DNA of 64,000 bases, taken from NCBI GenBank assembly GCA_951406725.2, contig OX597815.1:7130001-7194000 (forward strand), written 5' to 3'. The stretch's first letter is position 1, and each line of letters starts with the position of its first letter. Below are positions 23,207 through 36,228 of the stretch, piece after piece. Below the pieces are notes generated by a model, which worked only from the letters and a program-made list of their open reading frames with translations, was not told where the DNA came from and made no database searches. Both the position numbers and the translations under genes were made by a program. This DNA comes from Octopus vulgaris (lineage: Eukaryota).

Positions 23207-23435
23207 CATACATACATACATACATACACACACATGCATACATACACACACACATGCATACATACATACACACACATGCAAACATACATAGATACATACA
23301 TACGCACATACATGCATACATATATATACATACATGCATACACACACACATGCATACATACATACACACACATACATACACACATGCATACATACATACA
23401 TACATGCATGCATACATACATACATACATGCATAT
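22850..23435. repeat. (TACA)n compound microsatellite
   Basis: Direct reading. Confidence 0.95.
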
Positions 23436-23519
23436 ACTGGTATTCAAACCCCAACTACAAGATATTCAGTTGGGGATCACCAGTGAGCCACCACATTGGC
23501 CAATCAGCATAAAGCTGAT

Positions 23520-23704
23520 ACACACACACACATACATACACGACGGGCTTCTTTAAGTTTCCGTGTACCAAATCCACTCACAAAGCTTTGGTAGGCCTGA
23601 GGGTATAGTAAAAGACACTTGCCCAAGGTGCCATGCAGTGGGAATGAACCCAGAACCATGTGACTGATAAGCAATCTACTTACCACACAGCCACTCCTGC
23701 GCCT
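23520..23704 (-). mobile_element. SINE family B 5' half
   Basis: Reverse complement of ggcgcaggagtggctgtgtggtaag...ccttgggcaagtgtct. Confidence 0.75.
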
Positions 23705-23726
23705 TATATATATATATATATATATG

Positions 23727-23897
23727 TCGCCATGATAGATAGCTAGCCACTACACACATTTTTTTCTCTCCTTGTTTCTCTCCTTGTTTTTTCTGTGTCC
23801 CTTTCTGTAGAAGAGCGTAGGCTCGAAACGTAAAACACTTTTTCTATTCCTGAGCGTTATACTAATACATCTGTTTGTTTTGTACACCACCTGTCTG
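23727..23897 (+). mobile_element. PLE pseudo-LTR-like fragment with variant hammerhead (23801-23836)
   Basis: CUUU-CUGUAGA-A-GAGC(GUAG)GCUC-GAAA-CGUA/AAA. Homologous copy at 60485-60670. Confidence 0.6.
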
Positions 23898-25009
23898 GGC
23901 CATACTGGAGCACGACACACACACACAATGAAGACCATATGGTAAAATAATTTATAGAAGTGAGTGAGCGCAGGATGGTGTTTTACTCTCACCTAAAATA
24001 GTGTTTTACTACCAAAAGAGATAAGGTGCATGAAAGTGTTATATACAAGTGTGATTTCTCTTAAATGAAATAACGAGTGGAAGCATGTATGTATATGAAT
24101 ATGTGGAGATGTGTGTGTGTGTCTGTGTGAACATATTACTAAAGACAGTGATAATTATTCCTACTTGTCCGAGTTGTTTTAAGACGGCAGATAAGATGCT
24201 CTTCATGGTGTAAGCGAGACTCGGTGATCTGTAATATACAACATCACCGTTGTCTGTGGGATGCAGGTAGGCGTGCAGAAAAATTAAATAGTTATGCTAT
24301 AGGTCGGAGTGATCCTGTGTTGTTATGTCGGAAGTCTACGAAACGAGCTCCCAGTCTTCGATCGGTTTTCTGAAGATACTGTAAGCCAAAAAGCCAACAT
24401 TTAATGCGGTGAATAATGTTCTTGAAAGTATATGGTGATTAAAATTTATATTATGTTATTCATAAAGTTGTGTGTAGTAAATGAAATTCGATATGCTGAG
24501 AGGTCACAGGTTAAAGCATATATAATTACGAAGAGTATTACGTTCACTTTCTGAAAAAGCCAGGCATTTCAATAGAAATCTCAGGTTTTAGATGTAAAGT
24601 TCTAAAATTTCTGATTAGCAGAAATATTCGTTTTGCCATTATTTTCAGGAATAAACTTGGTTGTGTCTATGGAGTATGAATATACACTCACTGTCTGTAG
24701 ATTTTATCTAAGACCTCGTGCCAATCACTCCAGAGACAGAGAAGGAGTGACTTCTTTAAAAATGTTAAGTTTTTTTCACTGTAAGAGAAAATAATCTGGA
24801 ACCATAAATGTCCATAAATTGCTCGCTTTTGTGACGAAAGTATTGAGTAGTCTTTACATCTTTGTTTTAACTTTTCACCCCTTATCTGATTTTAATAACT
24901 TCATCCTTAAATGAAGTTACATGATGATGTGTATTTTCAAGTCATTGTGAACTTGGTCAGTTAAATAGATGTTTTTTTCTTCTACTACCAAAACCGCTTT
25001 CAGCCGCAA

Positions 25010-25370
25010 TCTCTCTCTATATAAAGCTGAAGTTGTCTGTGTACGGCAGGTTTGGTAGCCTTCAACTAACACTATCAACTCCGAGACCCTGCGGCGCAAG
25101 TTGACCAAAATTGAGAGTATGATAGAAGAAGGCTTGCTCTTCCTTCCGTAGAAGAAAAGAATTCAAATCGGACCATGTTAACACCAAAAATTATTTACAT
25201 CAAAAAAGGTGCTTAATTCTATGAAAAACCCCTATTTTTTACGATTTTTTGACTGCTGTGTCGCCATTTTTCGGTGTATTTCAACCAGAAAAATGTTCAC
25301 TTAAAGAGAATAACAAGCTACATAATGCAAAATTTTTACTTTTCAAAAATTCCAATTCTAAAGGGTCGAA
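25010..25370 (+). mobile_element. Non-autonomous Helitron lacking the standard 3' end
   Basis: A|TCtctctctatataaagctgaag start. Colinear with 43909-44298 until about 25368. Confidence 0.7.
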
Positions 25371-25446
25371 CTTTTCAGCAAGCCCTCGTAAAATACAAAT
25401 ATTTCCCCTATTACACCAAAAATATATATAAAAATAAAAATTTGGC

Positions 25447-25752
25447 TGTATGTATGTATGTATGTATGTATGTATGTATGTATGTATGTATGTATGTATG
25501 TATGTATGTACGTACGTACGTACGTATGTATGTATGTATGTATGTACGTATGTGTGTATGTATGTATGTATGTATGCATGTATGTATGTATGTATGTATG
25601 TATGTATGTATGTGTATGTGTGTGTGTGTGTATGAATGTATGTGTGTATGTGTGTGTATGTATGTATATATGTATGTATGTTTGTATCTATGTATGAACG
25701 TATGTACGTGCGTACGTACCTGCGTATGTATGTATGTATGTATGTATGTATA
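25447..25752. repeat. (TATG)n microsatellite
   Basis: Direct reading. Confidence 0.95.
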
Positions 25753-25773
25753 GCGGGATTAATTTTTACATAT

Positions 25774-26575
25774 GTACCGTATTTTAACGTGTATAAGGAA
25801 TCCCCTTATTTTTTGGGTTTAAAATTTGGATATGATTACAATATATGTAGAGGATGTTGTTGAAGCTGAGGGCTAGACTTGCGATTCGAGTTTCACGTCA
25901 CTGCGATCTTCAGGCGAACAGTTTCCTGAAACATGAGTCGCGAGGCACGCTCTCGGTTTCACATTTAATAAAATCTGTGTGTGCGTACGTGTGTGTGACT
26001 GAGCATGCGTGGATGTGTTTGTTAAAGCACCGATTGACATACGCTTACTTACACACACATGGGCAATAAGCATAAATCAGTCGATGTTCTAACATGTATA
26101 TGTCCATATATACCAATTTATATGTGTACAAACCAGACTTCATACTACTCAGACTAAAATGTGTATTTGTAACCCTCAATAATGCTTCTTCTTCTGTAAA
26201 GGTTAAATACGTACAAAGCCAGTATTATGTTATAAATTATGAATACCAAACGCATATTCACCATCAGAAATATTTCATACTCGTGCAGTGTGACGTTCAT
26301 ATAATTATATTTAGTGAAAATACTTCGACGCAGATAGTAGAATAAAGACTGGATGTTTGTAGCTTTGAAGTGCAAATGTCAAGTTCGAAGAGTAACTAAA
26401 ATCTCCATGGATAGAGGAACAGACATCTGCAGAAGTTTGCGAATAAATTGGTCGACGTTTATTTGCCAGAATCTTTGGGTTTATAATCCCAAAGTTTGCC
26501 ATTTTACTGCAAGGGCAAATAAGTTGTAATCGTATTCAAAATTAGATCCGAGAAGCAGAAATATAAGAGTGACTC
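25774..26575. mobile_element. Possible decayed pogo/Tc2-type TIR element
   Basis: Left end taccgtattttaacgtgtataag. aaatttggatatgattacaa (about 25822) is mirrored imperfectly by ttgtaatcgtattcaaaatt (about 26524). Confidence 0.35.
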
Positions 26576-26592
26576 TCTGTGTGTGTGTGTGT

Positions 26593-26663
<71 letters not shown>

Positions 26664-26798
26664 CGTGCGTGCGCGAGTGTGTGTATTAATGTTTGTCATA
26701 TCAAGTTATATATAGAAATTATTTAACATCAAACTGAAGGATTAGTCACTGGTCTTTAGCAGAGTGAATATTTATCAACTTTTACTATGAGAAGACTG

Positions 26799-26842
26799 AC
26801 AGTGACTTCGATGTTTCGGTTTGCTCGCCTTCATCAGACTGT
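26799..26842 (-). ncRNA. Type I hammerhead ribozyme motif, canonical core
   Basis: ACAGU-CUGAUGA-A-GG(cgagcaaa)CC-GAAAC(aucgaa)GUC/ACUGU. Perfect 5-bp stem I, GUC cleavage triplet. Confidence 0.7.
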
Positions 26843-27454
26843 GCTTTACTTGGGTCCTTTTTGACTTTATAAAGCAAAAAAGAAGTCCAAGTAAAGCTCG
26901 GTTTCGTGAAAGCAAGTTGAAACTTCGAAGTAACTCTCAATCTTTTCCTTATAAAATTAATAAATACAGATGTGTGTGTGTGTGAGAGTGAGAGAGAGAG
27001 AGAGAGAGAAGGCGAGAGAGAGAGAGAGAGAGAGTATTTATGCATGTATATGCGTATATATATATTTATATATGCTGTGGTTTGAATCAACATAAAATAA
27101 CTATAAAGAACCTTTTGCAAAGTTGAGTAATTATGCTATAGAATACAGTTTAAGGGATGAACAATTTGCTACTTCGTGTTTCACCAAATGAATAGCATGA
27201 TAAATCACAGGATAACGCCCAGGAAGAGCATACACATAAAGAATAACAATTCTGGCAAGTACCATCGTCTTAACTCCATAAAAACAGTCCATATTCGTCC
27301 GTAAAGAATTCTGGAGCATTTTAATGCGATGAAATAAAGATAATTCCTGGCTAGTTTGTTGGAATTATTTTTCTTGGTCCACGCTGTTATACAAGCGAAC
27401 CAAAGGAGAAGATAGTCTCGTCGGGTGTATAAACCGGTTATATATATATGTAGT

Positions 27455-27837
27455 GGAGGTGCAATGGCCCAGTGGTTAGGGCAGCGGACTCGCGGTCGTA
27501 GGATCGCGGTTTCGATTCCCAGACCGGGCGTTGTGAGTGTTTATTGAGCGAAAACACCTAAGGCTCCACGAGGCTCCGGCAGGGGATGGTGGTGATCCCT
27601 GCTGTACTCTTTCACCACAACTTTCTCTCACTCTTACTTCCTGTTTCTGTTGTACCTGTATTTCAAGGGGCCGGCCTTGTCACTCTCTGTGTCACGCTGA
27701 ATATCCCCGAGAACTACGTTAAGGGTACACGTGTCTGTGGAGTGCTCAGCCACTTACACGTTAATTTCACGAGCAGGCTGTTCCGTTGATTCGGATCAAC
27801 CGGAACCCTCGTCGTCGTAACCGACGGAGTGCTTCCA
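27455..27837 (+). mobile_element. SINE family A, tail type 1, full length
   Basis: tRNA-like head with A and B boxes. Near-identical to 6979-7363, 31335-31676 and 32795-33176. Confidence 0.85.
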
Positions 27838-28064
27838 TCCACATATATGTATGAAGTTGAAATGTTCTACAAAGTTTATAATTCCATCGCTGGATTAAGC
27901 AGTTACTGAAAGCTTTCCTTGTTAGACTATATTTTGGTGGTGGTGGTGATGGTTGGAGCGATAGTAGTGGAGGTGATGTGGAGGGTGTTGGGGATGGTGG
28001 TGTTAACGATGGTGATGGTGCGGATAATGACGCAGTAAGCGGTTGTGATGTTGTTAGTGGTCCT

Positions 28065-28233
<169 letters not shown>

Positions 28234-28234
28234 G

Positions 28235-28469
28235 TAAAGGAGGTGAGCTGGCAGAAACGTTAGCACACCAGGCGGAATGCTGAGCGGTATTTCGTCTGTC
28301 TTTACGTTCTGAGTTCAAATTCCACCGAGGTCGACTTTGCCTTTCATCCTTTCAGGGTCGATAAATTAAGTACCAGTTACGCACTGGGGTCGATATAATC
28401 GACTTGATCCGTTTGTCTGTCCTTGTTTGTCCTCTCTATGCTTAATCCCTTGTGGGTAGTAAAGAAATA
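28235..28469 (+). mobile_element. SINE family C monomer
   Basis: aaaggaggtgagctggcagaaacgttagc...tgtgggtagtaaagaaata. Confidence 0.8.
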
Positions 28470-28544
28470 GATAATAGTATTGATAGTAAGGACGTTGATG
28501 ATAGTGAAATAATGTTAATCGCGGTAGTGTTGTTGATTTTAGGA

Positions 28545-29200
28545 GCTTTCGAGTAACGACGATCGACTTTATCGAAAATTCGACTGATCCAAATTGATCA
28601 GGACCCCACCCAAACCAGCTTTGATCCCCAGTTTTCTCTATGATGTATCGCATTATGTGGAGGTTGTCGTGGATGGACCTGTTCAGCATTGCAAAAATTT
28701 ACACTTCTCAGACCAGACCAGTGACGACAAGCACCAACCTTTTCGCTAGCATTTTGGCCAAAATCTTAAACTCTATGTTTAGCAGAGCCATGTTCCAAAA
28801 ATTGTTTAGCGCTTCCCCTTTTCGGTAGGCTTATCGCTCCTCGATTCACAGCACTAGGAATTCTCTTGTTCTATTGTCGAGAGATTGCCAAACAAATATG
28901 GCATGGACTAGTTGAATTGGCAGGGCAGACCGCCCACCGGTAGGCGATTCGCACCTTGTGCAACCGATTATCACATCCCGTATTTCAGCAGCCATTATGG
29001 GCCTTTGCTGAACTTTGTTGTGAGCCGTGACAAACTTCCCAGGTATGAACTAAAGTCTGCTACCATCGACCTACCCATTAAAAACGCAGTAGCGAAATGC
29101 TGCTGGAAAGTCGTACACACCTGCTCGAAAACGAGTAGCACGTTCCGATCCGTCAAAGATCCGATTGTGGTTTTGTTACCACGTTGCGTCTCTGTCACTC
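28545..29200 (-). pseudogene. Tx1/L1-clade LINE reverse transcriptase fragment (stops, frameshifts)
   Basis: The - strand reads ALLNIEFKILAKMLAKRL...RSIHDNLHIMRYIIEK, then a frameshifted ALINLDQ...DKVD segment. These are non-LTR RT motifs of L1/Tx1 type. Confidence 0.8.
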
Positions 29201-29319
29201 TGTCACTCCTGGGTTGGATTGTAAAAGTTCCACAGGATCTTTATATTTATTGTTCTCAGTGACGCCTTCTGGTTCATGTTCGTTTGAGCGCTCGGGTCTT
29301 AATTCTGACAAGAGCAGCA

Positions 29320-29737
29320 ATTTTAGGAGAAGGAAAATCGATTACATCGATCCTAGTACTTGGCTGGTACTTTATTTTATTGACCCTGAAACAACGAAAG
29401 GCAAAGCCGAATCTGTGGCATTTGTACTCAAAGTGTAAAATGCCGGAAAAACGCTGCTAAGCATTTTGTCCGACTTGTTAACGATTTTGCCAGCTCACCA
29501 TCTTAATGACAACGATAATAACTCTTTCTACTCTTGGCACAAAGACTCGAAGTTTTTAGAGAAGGGAGCCAGTCGATTCCATCAACCTCAGTGCTCAACT
29601 GGTACTTATTTTATCGACGCTGAAAGGATGGAAAGCAAAGCCAACTTCGGTGACATTTGAACCCAAAACGTAAAGACAGACAAAATTCCTCTAAGCGTTT
29701 TGTTCGGCGCGCTAAAATGTCTGCTTGCTCAGCACCT
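29320..29737 (-). mobile_element. Two old SINE family C-related copies in tandem
   Basis: Degenerate ctggtacttattttatcgac...gaaaggatggaaagcaaagc motif present twice. Confidence 0.6.
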
Positions 29738-29828
<91 letters not shown>

Positions 29829-29836
29829 GGTGGTGG

Positions 29837-29892
<56 letters not shown>

Positions 29893-29929
29893 GTGATGGT
29901 GGTGGTGATGGTGGTGGTGATGGTGGTGG

Positions 29930-29964
<35 letters not shown>

Positions 29965-29991
29965 GTGGTGGTAGTCATGGTGGTGATGATA

Positions 29992-30080
<89 letters not shown>

Positions 30081-30191
30081 GATGGTGATGATGATGATGA
30101 TGATGATGGTGGTGATGGTGGTGATGGTGATTATGATGATGATGATGATGGTGATGGTGGTGGTGGTGGTGGTGATGATGATGATGATGAT
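29738..30191. repeat. (AAT)(GAT)(GGT)n compound microsatellite
   Basis: Direct reading. Confidence 0.95.
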
Positions 30192-30752
30192 TGTGAAACG
30201 TACGGTCTGAGCAGAGCACAGAAATAGTACGAACACGAACCCGAAGGCATCACTGAGAACTATGAATATAAGATCCTGTGGAAATTTTACAATCCAATGT
30301 GACTCCCTAATCGATGCTCGGAAACCAGACAGTCTTGTAGATGAAAGTAAAAAGGAAACCAAAATCGTAGACATTGCCATACCTGGGGATGCTCGCGTAG
30401 GCGACAGAGACCTGGAAAATATGGGAAAATACAGACAACTAAATTGTAAGTATGTGAGCAATGAGGAGAGTAAATGCTATTCCAGTAGTTGTAGGGGTCA
30501 CTCAGAGCACTAACAACCAAGATCGAGAAATATGTCGGAGAAATTGGAATTGACATGAGGGCAGAACAGGCTCCAAAGCTGCTGTATTGGGGACAGCTAG
30601 GATCTTGAGGTTGGTGTTTGGGTGTTGAGTGTCTTCCACGATAAGTTAACAGTCAAGCTTACAGTTTGTGGAAAGAGATCCTGTGACAACAGGTTGCTGT
30701 CCGCTCTCACAGAATCAGCCAGAGCAAGTAAGGCCAAAAGCTCTGAGAAGTA
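30192..30752 (+). pseudogene. 3' end of an RLE-type non-LTR retrotransposon (R4/Dong-like)
   Basis: ARKPD...KETKIVDIAIPGDARV...KYRQL...IPVVVG...AVLGTARILR: a PD-(D/E)xK restriction-like endonuclease domain, frameshifted. Followed by (AAC)n. Confidence 0.75.
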
Positions 30753-30793
30753 AAACAACACCACCACCACCAACAACAACAACAACAACAGGA

Positions 30794-31180
30794 GGAGGTG
30801 CAATGACCCAATGGTTAGGGTAGCGGACTCGCGGTCGGAGGATCGCGGTTTCGATTCCCAGATCGAGCATTGTATGTGTTTATTGAGCGAAAACACCTAA
30901 AGCTCCACGAGGCTCCGGCAGAGGGTGGTGGCGACCCCTGTTGTACTCTTTCGCTCCAACTTTCTCTCACTCTTTCTTCCTGTTTCTTGTCCCCGACTTC
31001 CTACGCAACCGCTGAGCCTGGATGCGCATTCATCCATCCGTCGATGCTCTCGGTGTCGGGTGGTTGACCTGCTTTCTCTTCTGCTGGTCTTACGAACAGC
31101 AAAGGACCACGTTTCGGACTTCTCCCATCGTGCGAGCTCTGGGACGAAGACCGTTCTCTCAACAACAACAGCAACAACAA
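30794..31180 (+). mobile_element. SINE family A head with tail type 4, (AAC)n end
   Basis: Family A head; unrelated tail ccccgacttcctacgcaacc...gaagaccgttctctc(aac)n. Confidence 0.75.
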
Positions 31181-31334
31181 GAACAATAATAATTGTTTCT
31201 TGTGCTAATACCAGGCGTAAAGATTTGATAGAAAAGTTAGTCGATGTAATCGATTGTAAGTACTTGAATTAGTTTTTTTACTTTATCAATCTCGGACGGA
31301 TGAAATGAATACTAAAGTTGGCTTCAACGATGTT

Positions 31335-31676
31335 GTAGGATCGCGGTTTCGATTCCCAGACCGGGCGTTGTGAGTGTTTATTAAGCGAAAACACCTAAAA
31401 AGCTCCACGAGGCTCCGGCAGGGGATGGTGGTGATCCCTGCTGTACTCTTTCACCACAACTTTCTCTCACTCTTACTTCCTGTTTCTGTTGTACCTGTAT
31501 TTCAAAGGGCCGGCCTTGTCACTCTCTGTGTCACGCTGAATATCCCCGAGAACTACGTTAAGGGTACACGTGTCTGTGGAGTGCTCAGCCACTTACACGT
31601 TAATTTCACGAGCAGGCTGTTCCGTTGATTCGGATCAACCGGAACCCTCGTCGTCGTAACCGACGGAGTGCTTCCA
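31335..31676 (+). mobile_element. SINE family A, 5'-truncated
   Basis: Identity to 27455-27837. Confidence 0.85.
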
Positions 31677-32157
31677 AAATTTGATCTCAAGACATAACGG
31701 GAAGAAATACTGCAAGTCTTTGAATTCAACGCTCGAATGATTCCACCAAAAATCCACGAGTGCGAAGAAAAATTAAGGTCAAAACATTCAATTTTTAATT
31801 TCATAGTTTATTTTTTTTTTTTAATATTATAAGTTGGAAAGGAAATCTTTTTCCTAAAATACAAGCTACAAACACAAAAAACGTATAAGATATAGATTCG
31901 AACTAAATACAAACATACACACACATATATACGCATACATATATACATACATGCATATACACGTACATATACATATATGCATACACATATATATTCATAT
32001 ATATATATATGTATATATATATAGACTCACACAAAGACACACATACACACACAAATACCTCTCATATATATATGTATATATATACACATGCGTACACACA
32101 CATACACACATATATGTATAACACCTACATGTGTACACATACATATATACACACTCG

Positions 32158-32208
<51 letters not shown>

Positions 32209-32257
32209 TATATATATATACATATATATACATATATACACATACATACATACACAT

Positions 32258-32341
<84 letters not shown>

Positions 32342-32794
32342 TAAAGTCAGCATTAAAATTCCTTAATCTTTATTAGAAATAAAAATAAATGCTAATGATT
32401 TTCGCAGGTCCGATATGGTTTCGATTCAACTTGTGGGATGCTCTGTTGTGGAGCTGGTTTGATGAGTGAAGTGCGTTTGGACGAGGCGGGAATGAGGTGT
32501 GAGATTGCGGTGGAATATGTAGAGAGGGTGGATGGAAATATATGAACAAATTTTATTGCACGCAGCAGGAACCGAAATCGGAACCTTGTTGGAAATAATA
32601 CTAAACGGATGTTAAGTTTAGAACCTTATATGCTCGGAGGGGTCCTGAGTACAATTAATTAATTAATACCTTGTTAATGGATCTTTGCTTTACAAGCATT
32701 ACCACACCCTATAGCACGCCTTGTTGCTCATTATCGCATTCATGAATTCATGGCACAACCCCCGAATCTATTCATATACTTAACATTTTTAAGT

Positions 32795-33176
32795 GGAGGC
32801 GCAATGGCCCAGTGGTTAGGGCAGCGGACTCGCGGTCAGAGGATCGCGATTTCGATTCCCAGACCGGGCGTTGTGAGTGTTTATTGAGCGAAAACACCTA
32901 AAAGCTCCACGAGGCTCCGGCAGGGAATGGTGGTGATCCCTGCTGTACTCTTTCCCCACAACTTTCTCTCACTCTCACTTCCTGTTTCTGTTGTACCTGT
33001 ATTTCAAGGGGACGGCCTTGTCACTCTCTGTGTCACGCTGAATATCCCCGAGAACTACGTTAGAGGTACACGTGTCTGTGGAGTGCTCAGCCACTTACAC
33101 ATTAATTTCACGAGCAGGCTGTTCCGTTGATCGGATCAACCGGAACCCTCGTCGTCGTAACCGACGGAGTGCTTCC
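32795..33176 (+). mobile_element. SINE family A, full length
   Basis: Identity to 27455-27837. Confidence 0.85.
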
Positions 33177-33304
33177 CCCCTCCTTTTTATGAAAAATAGA
33201 AAACATTATTGATTCGGTATACGCAATAGAGTTAGTATTTAATTCATTTCAATCACCATCACATCATCATTGATATGTATATGAGGAAGCACTCCGTCGG
33301 ATTA

Positions 33305-33660
33305 GATCGAGCCCAGCATGCAACTGGTACTTAATTTATCGATCCCCCCACCGAAAAGATGAAAGACAAAGTCGACCTTGGCGGAATGAACTCAGAATGT
33401 TAAGACAGACGATATACCTATTTCGGGATTTCACTACCCACAGAGAGGCTAAACACAGAGGGGACAAACAAGGACAGACAAACGGATTAAGTCGATTATA
33501 TCGACCCCAGTGCGTAAGTGGTACTTATTTAATCGACCCCGAAAGGATGAAAGGCAAAGTCGACCTCGGCGGAATTTGAACTCAGAACGTAGCGGCAGAC
33601 GAAATACCGCTAAGCATCCTTTCGCTCAGCGTGCTAACGATTATGCCAGCTCACCGCTTT
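33305..33660 (-). mobile_element. SINE family C, partially dimeric
   Basis: Reverse complement of the family C consensus. Confidence 0.8.
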
Positions 33661-33804
33661 GAGTTAGAATTTAATTGAAATAACCATGCATACAGCTTAC
33701 TTAATGCATACACAGTGTCGATAGACCAGTCATTGCAATATTTATCCCGAAATAGCATCATTTATGGACTTGCTGTGTTAAAAAGACAATATATAAATAT
33801 CAGT

Positions 33805-34418
33805 AAAGTGGCGAGCTGGCAGAAACGTTAGCGCTCCGGGTGAAATATTTGCGGTATTTTGTCTGTCGTTACGTTCTGAGTTCAAATTCCGCCGAGGTCA
33901 ACTTTACCTTTCATCCTTTCAGGGTAGATAAATTAAGTACCAGTTTTGCACTGGGGTCGATGTAATCGACTTAATCCCTCTGTCTGTCCTTGTTTGTCCC
34001 TCTATGTTTAACCCCTTGTGGGTAATAAAGAAATAAGAAACGTTAGCATGCCGGGCGAAATGCTTGGCAGTATTTCATCTGCCGCTACGTTCTGAGTTCA
34101 AATTCCGCCGAGGTCGACTTTGCCTTTCAACCTTTCGGAGTCGATTAAATAAGTACCAGTTACGCACTGGGGTCGATATAATCGACTTAATCCGTTTGTC
34201 TGTCCTTGTTTTCCCTCTCTGTGTTTAGCCCCTTGTGGGTAGTAAAGAAATAGGTATTTCGTCTGTCTTTACATTCTGAGTTCAAATTCCGCCGAGGTCG
34301 ACTTTGCTTTTCATCCTTTCAGGGCCGATAAATTAAGTACCAGTTGCGTACTGGGGTCAATCTATTCAACTAGACTCCCTCCCCAAAAATTTCGTGCCTT
34401 GTGCCTAGAGTAGAAAAG
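33805..34418 (+). mobile_element. SINE family C trimer with 16-bp TSD
   Basis: Three copies of the central domain. Flanked by aatatataaatatcag on both sides. Confidence 0.8.
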
Positions 34419-34902
34419 AATATATAAATATCAGAGAGTCGAAAGTTCGTTCCACTAGCAGCAGCGAGAGTGTTAGCTGCATTTCGGCCTTATAAGTAGG
34501 GAACCTTACATTGGCACATATTCGCAACCAGCCACATGCTCGAACGTGGATATTTTACTTAAATGCTCTGTCAGGTGCATATACCGGATTTTTATCAATC
34601 AGGAGGCTTTTCGCTGCGTTAGTTTTGAATTATGACATTGGGCTATGTGTGTGTCAAGTTTCATCAGAATCGGTTGAAAGCCGCGGTCAGGGTGAGGGTA
34701 CAAGCAAACAGACACACAGAAATACGCACAGACAAACTGCCGTTTATATAGAGAGAGATTTTTCCCTCTTTCATCTCTTTAATGACGTAGTTTATTAGAA
34801 AAGCAAAGAAGCGACAGAGCATCTCTCCCCACGATTTCTCTTCCAGCTTCAAATTTATTTGAGAGCCAACCATCTATGTATTAAATCTATTATATTGATA
34901 TA

Positions 34903-35312
34903 GGCGCAGGGGTGGCTGTGTGGTAAGTAGCTTGCTTACCAATCACATGGTTCCGGGTTCAGTCCCACTGCATGGCATCTTGGGCAAGTGTCTTCTACTA
35001 TAGCCTCGGGCCGACCAAAGCCTTGTGAGTGGATTTGGTAGACGGAAACGGAAAGAAGCCCGTCGTATATATGTATATATATATATATGCGTGTGTGTGT
35101 TTGTGTATCTGTATTTGTCCCCCTAGCATTGCTTGACAACCGATGCTTGTGTGTTTATGTCCCCGTTACTTAGCGGTTCAGCAAAAGAGACCGATAGAAT
35201 AAGTACTGGGCTTACAAAAGAATAAGTCCCGGGGTCGAGTTGCTCGATTAAAGGCGGTGCTCCAGCATGGCCGCAGTCAAATGACTGAAACAAGTAAAAG
35301 AGTAAAAGAGTA
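34903..35312 (+). mobile_element. SINE family B (tRNA head, CORE-like segment, internal TG tract), full length
   Basis: ggcgcagggg tggctgtgtgg...gttcagtccc...tcttgggcaagtgtctt...(gtaaaaga)n tail. Confidence 0.85.
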
Positions 35313-35585
35313 TACCTTTCCTACAGGTCATGCAAAAATAGTGTGTTTCAAGTTGTAGTAGATCTGTATGTGTTATCAAAGGCGTTTAAACGTCTGTCGA
35401 AGATTGTCTTACTTCAAATATAATATATCTGAGCAAAAATATCTGGTCTCTCCAATCGTGCAATCACCAGAAGTCTGCTTGTTCATAACTTTGTATACTT
35501 TCCAATACAATCTTCATCCTATTCAGAACAGCCAAACTGACTATCATACTATTTAAGTTTATGCCCTTTCAACTGCCCCACACTA

Positions 35586-35990
35586 TACTCTTTACTCTTT
35601 TACTTGTTTCAGTCATTTGACTGCGGCTATGCTGGAGCACCACCTTTAATCGAGCAACTCGACCCCGGGACTTATTCTTTGTAAGCCCAGTACTTATTCT
35701 ATCGGTCTCTTTTGCCGAACCGCTAAGTGACGGGGACATAAACACACCAGCATCGGTTGTCAAGCGATGCTAGGGGGACAAACACAAACATACACGCACA
35801 CACACATATACATATATATACATATATACGACAGGCTTCTTTCAGTTTCCGTCTACCAAATCCACTCACAAGGCTTTGGTTGGCCCGAGGCTATAGTAGA
35901 AGACACTTGCCCAAGGTGCCACGCAGTGGGACTGAACCGGAACCATGTGGTTGGTAAGCAACCTACTTACCACACAGCCACTCCTACGCC
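35586..35990 (-). mobile_element. SINE family B, full length
   Basis: Reverse complement of 34903-35312. Confidence 0.85.
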
Positions 35991-36228
35991 TATGGGACTT
36001 TTTCATCCTTTTCTTATTCGATATCGTAATCACTGACCCTGACCACGACTTTCAGAAAGCCGTCATCCTGATGAAACCATTATAGAGCCGGGCAAATCAA
36101 TGAACTGGGTCCTATTGTATTTATTTATTGATACATATTAAAACTGGGCCCCTAGACCCGTCAGGCCCCCTCCCCCGGGCAACTTCCCAGTGTGCCCTTA
36201 CCTTAACACGGCATAGGTACCAGTTAAA

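Noticed and set aside
22740-23556. HTYI/MYVC ORFs (also at 25.4k, 45.3k, 47.6-50.8k, 54k and 63.5k)
   Set aside because: Translations of (TACA)n, (TG)n and (TA)n microsatellites.
27455-27530. tRNA gene
   Set aside because: A and B boxes are present but continue directly into a SINE body found in many copies, and there is no clean acceptor stem.
29700-30227. Asp/Gly-rich 'biomineralisation' ORF
   Set aside because: Pure (GAT/GGT)n microsatellite that starts inside a SINE, with no signal peptide or splice context.
32408-32497. Possible + strand exon after gctaat...ttcgcag
   Set aside because: Isolated with a weak donor, and no frame gives a recognisable protein.
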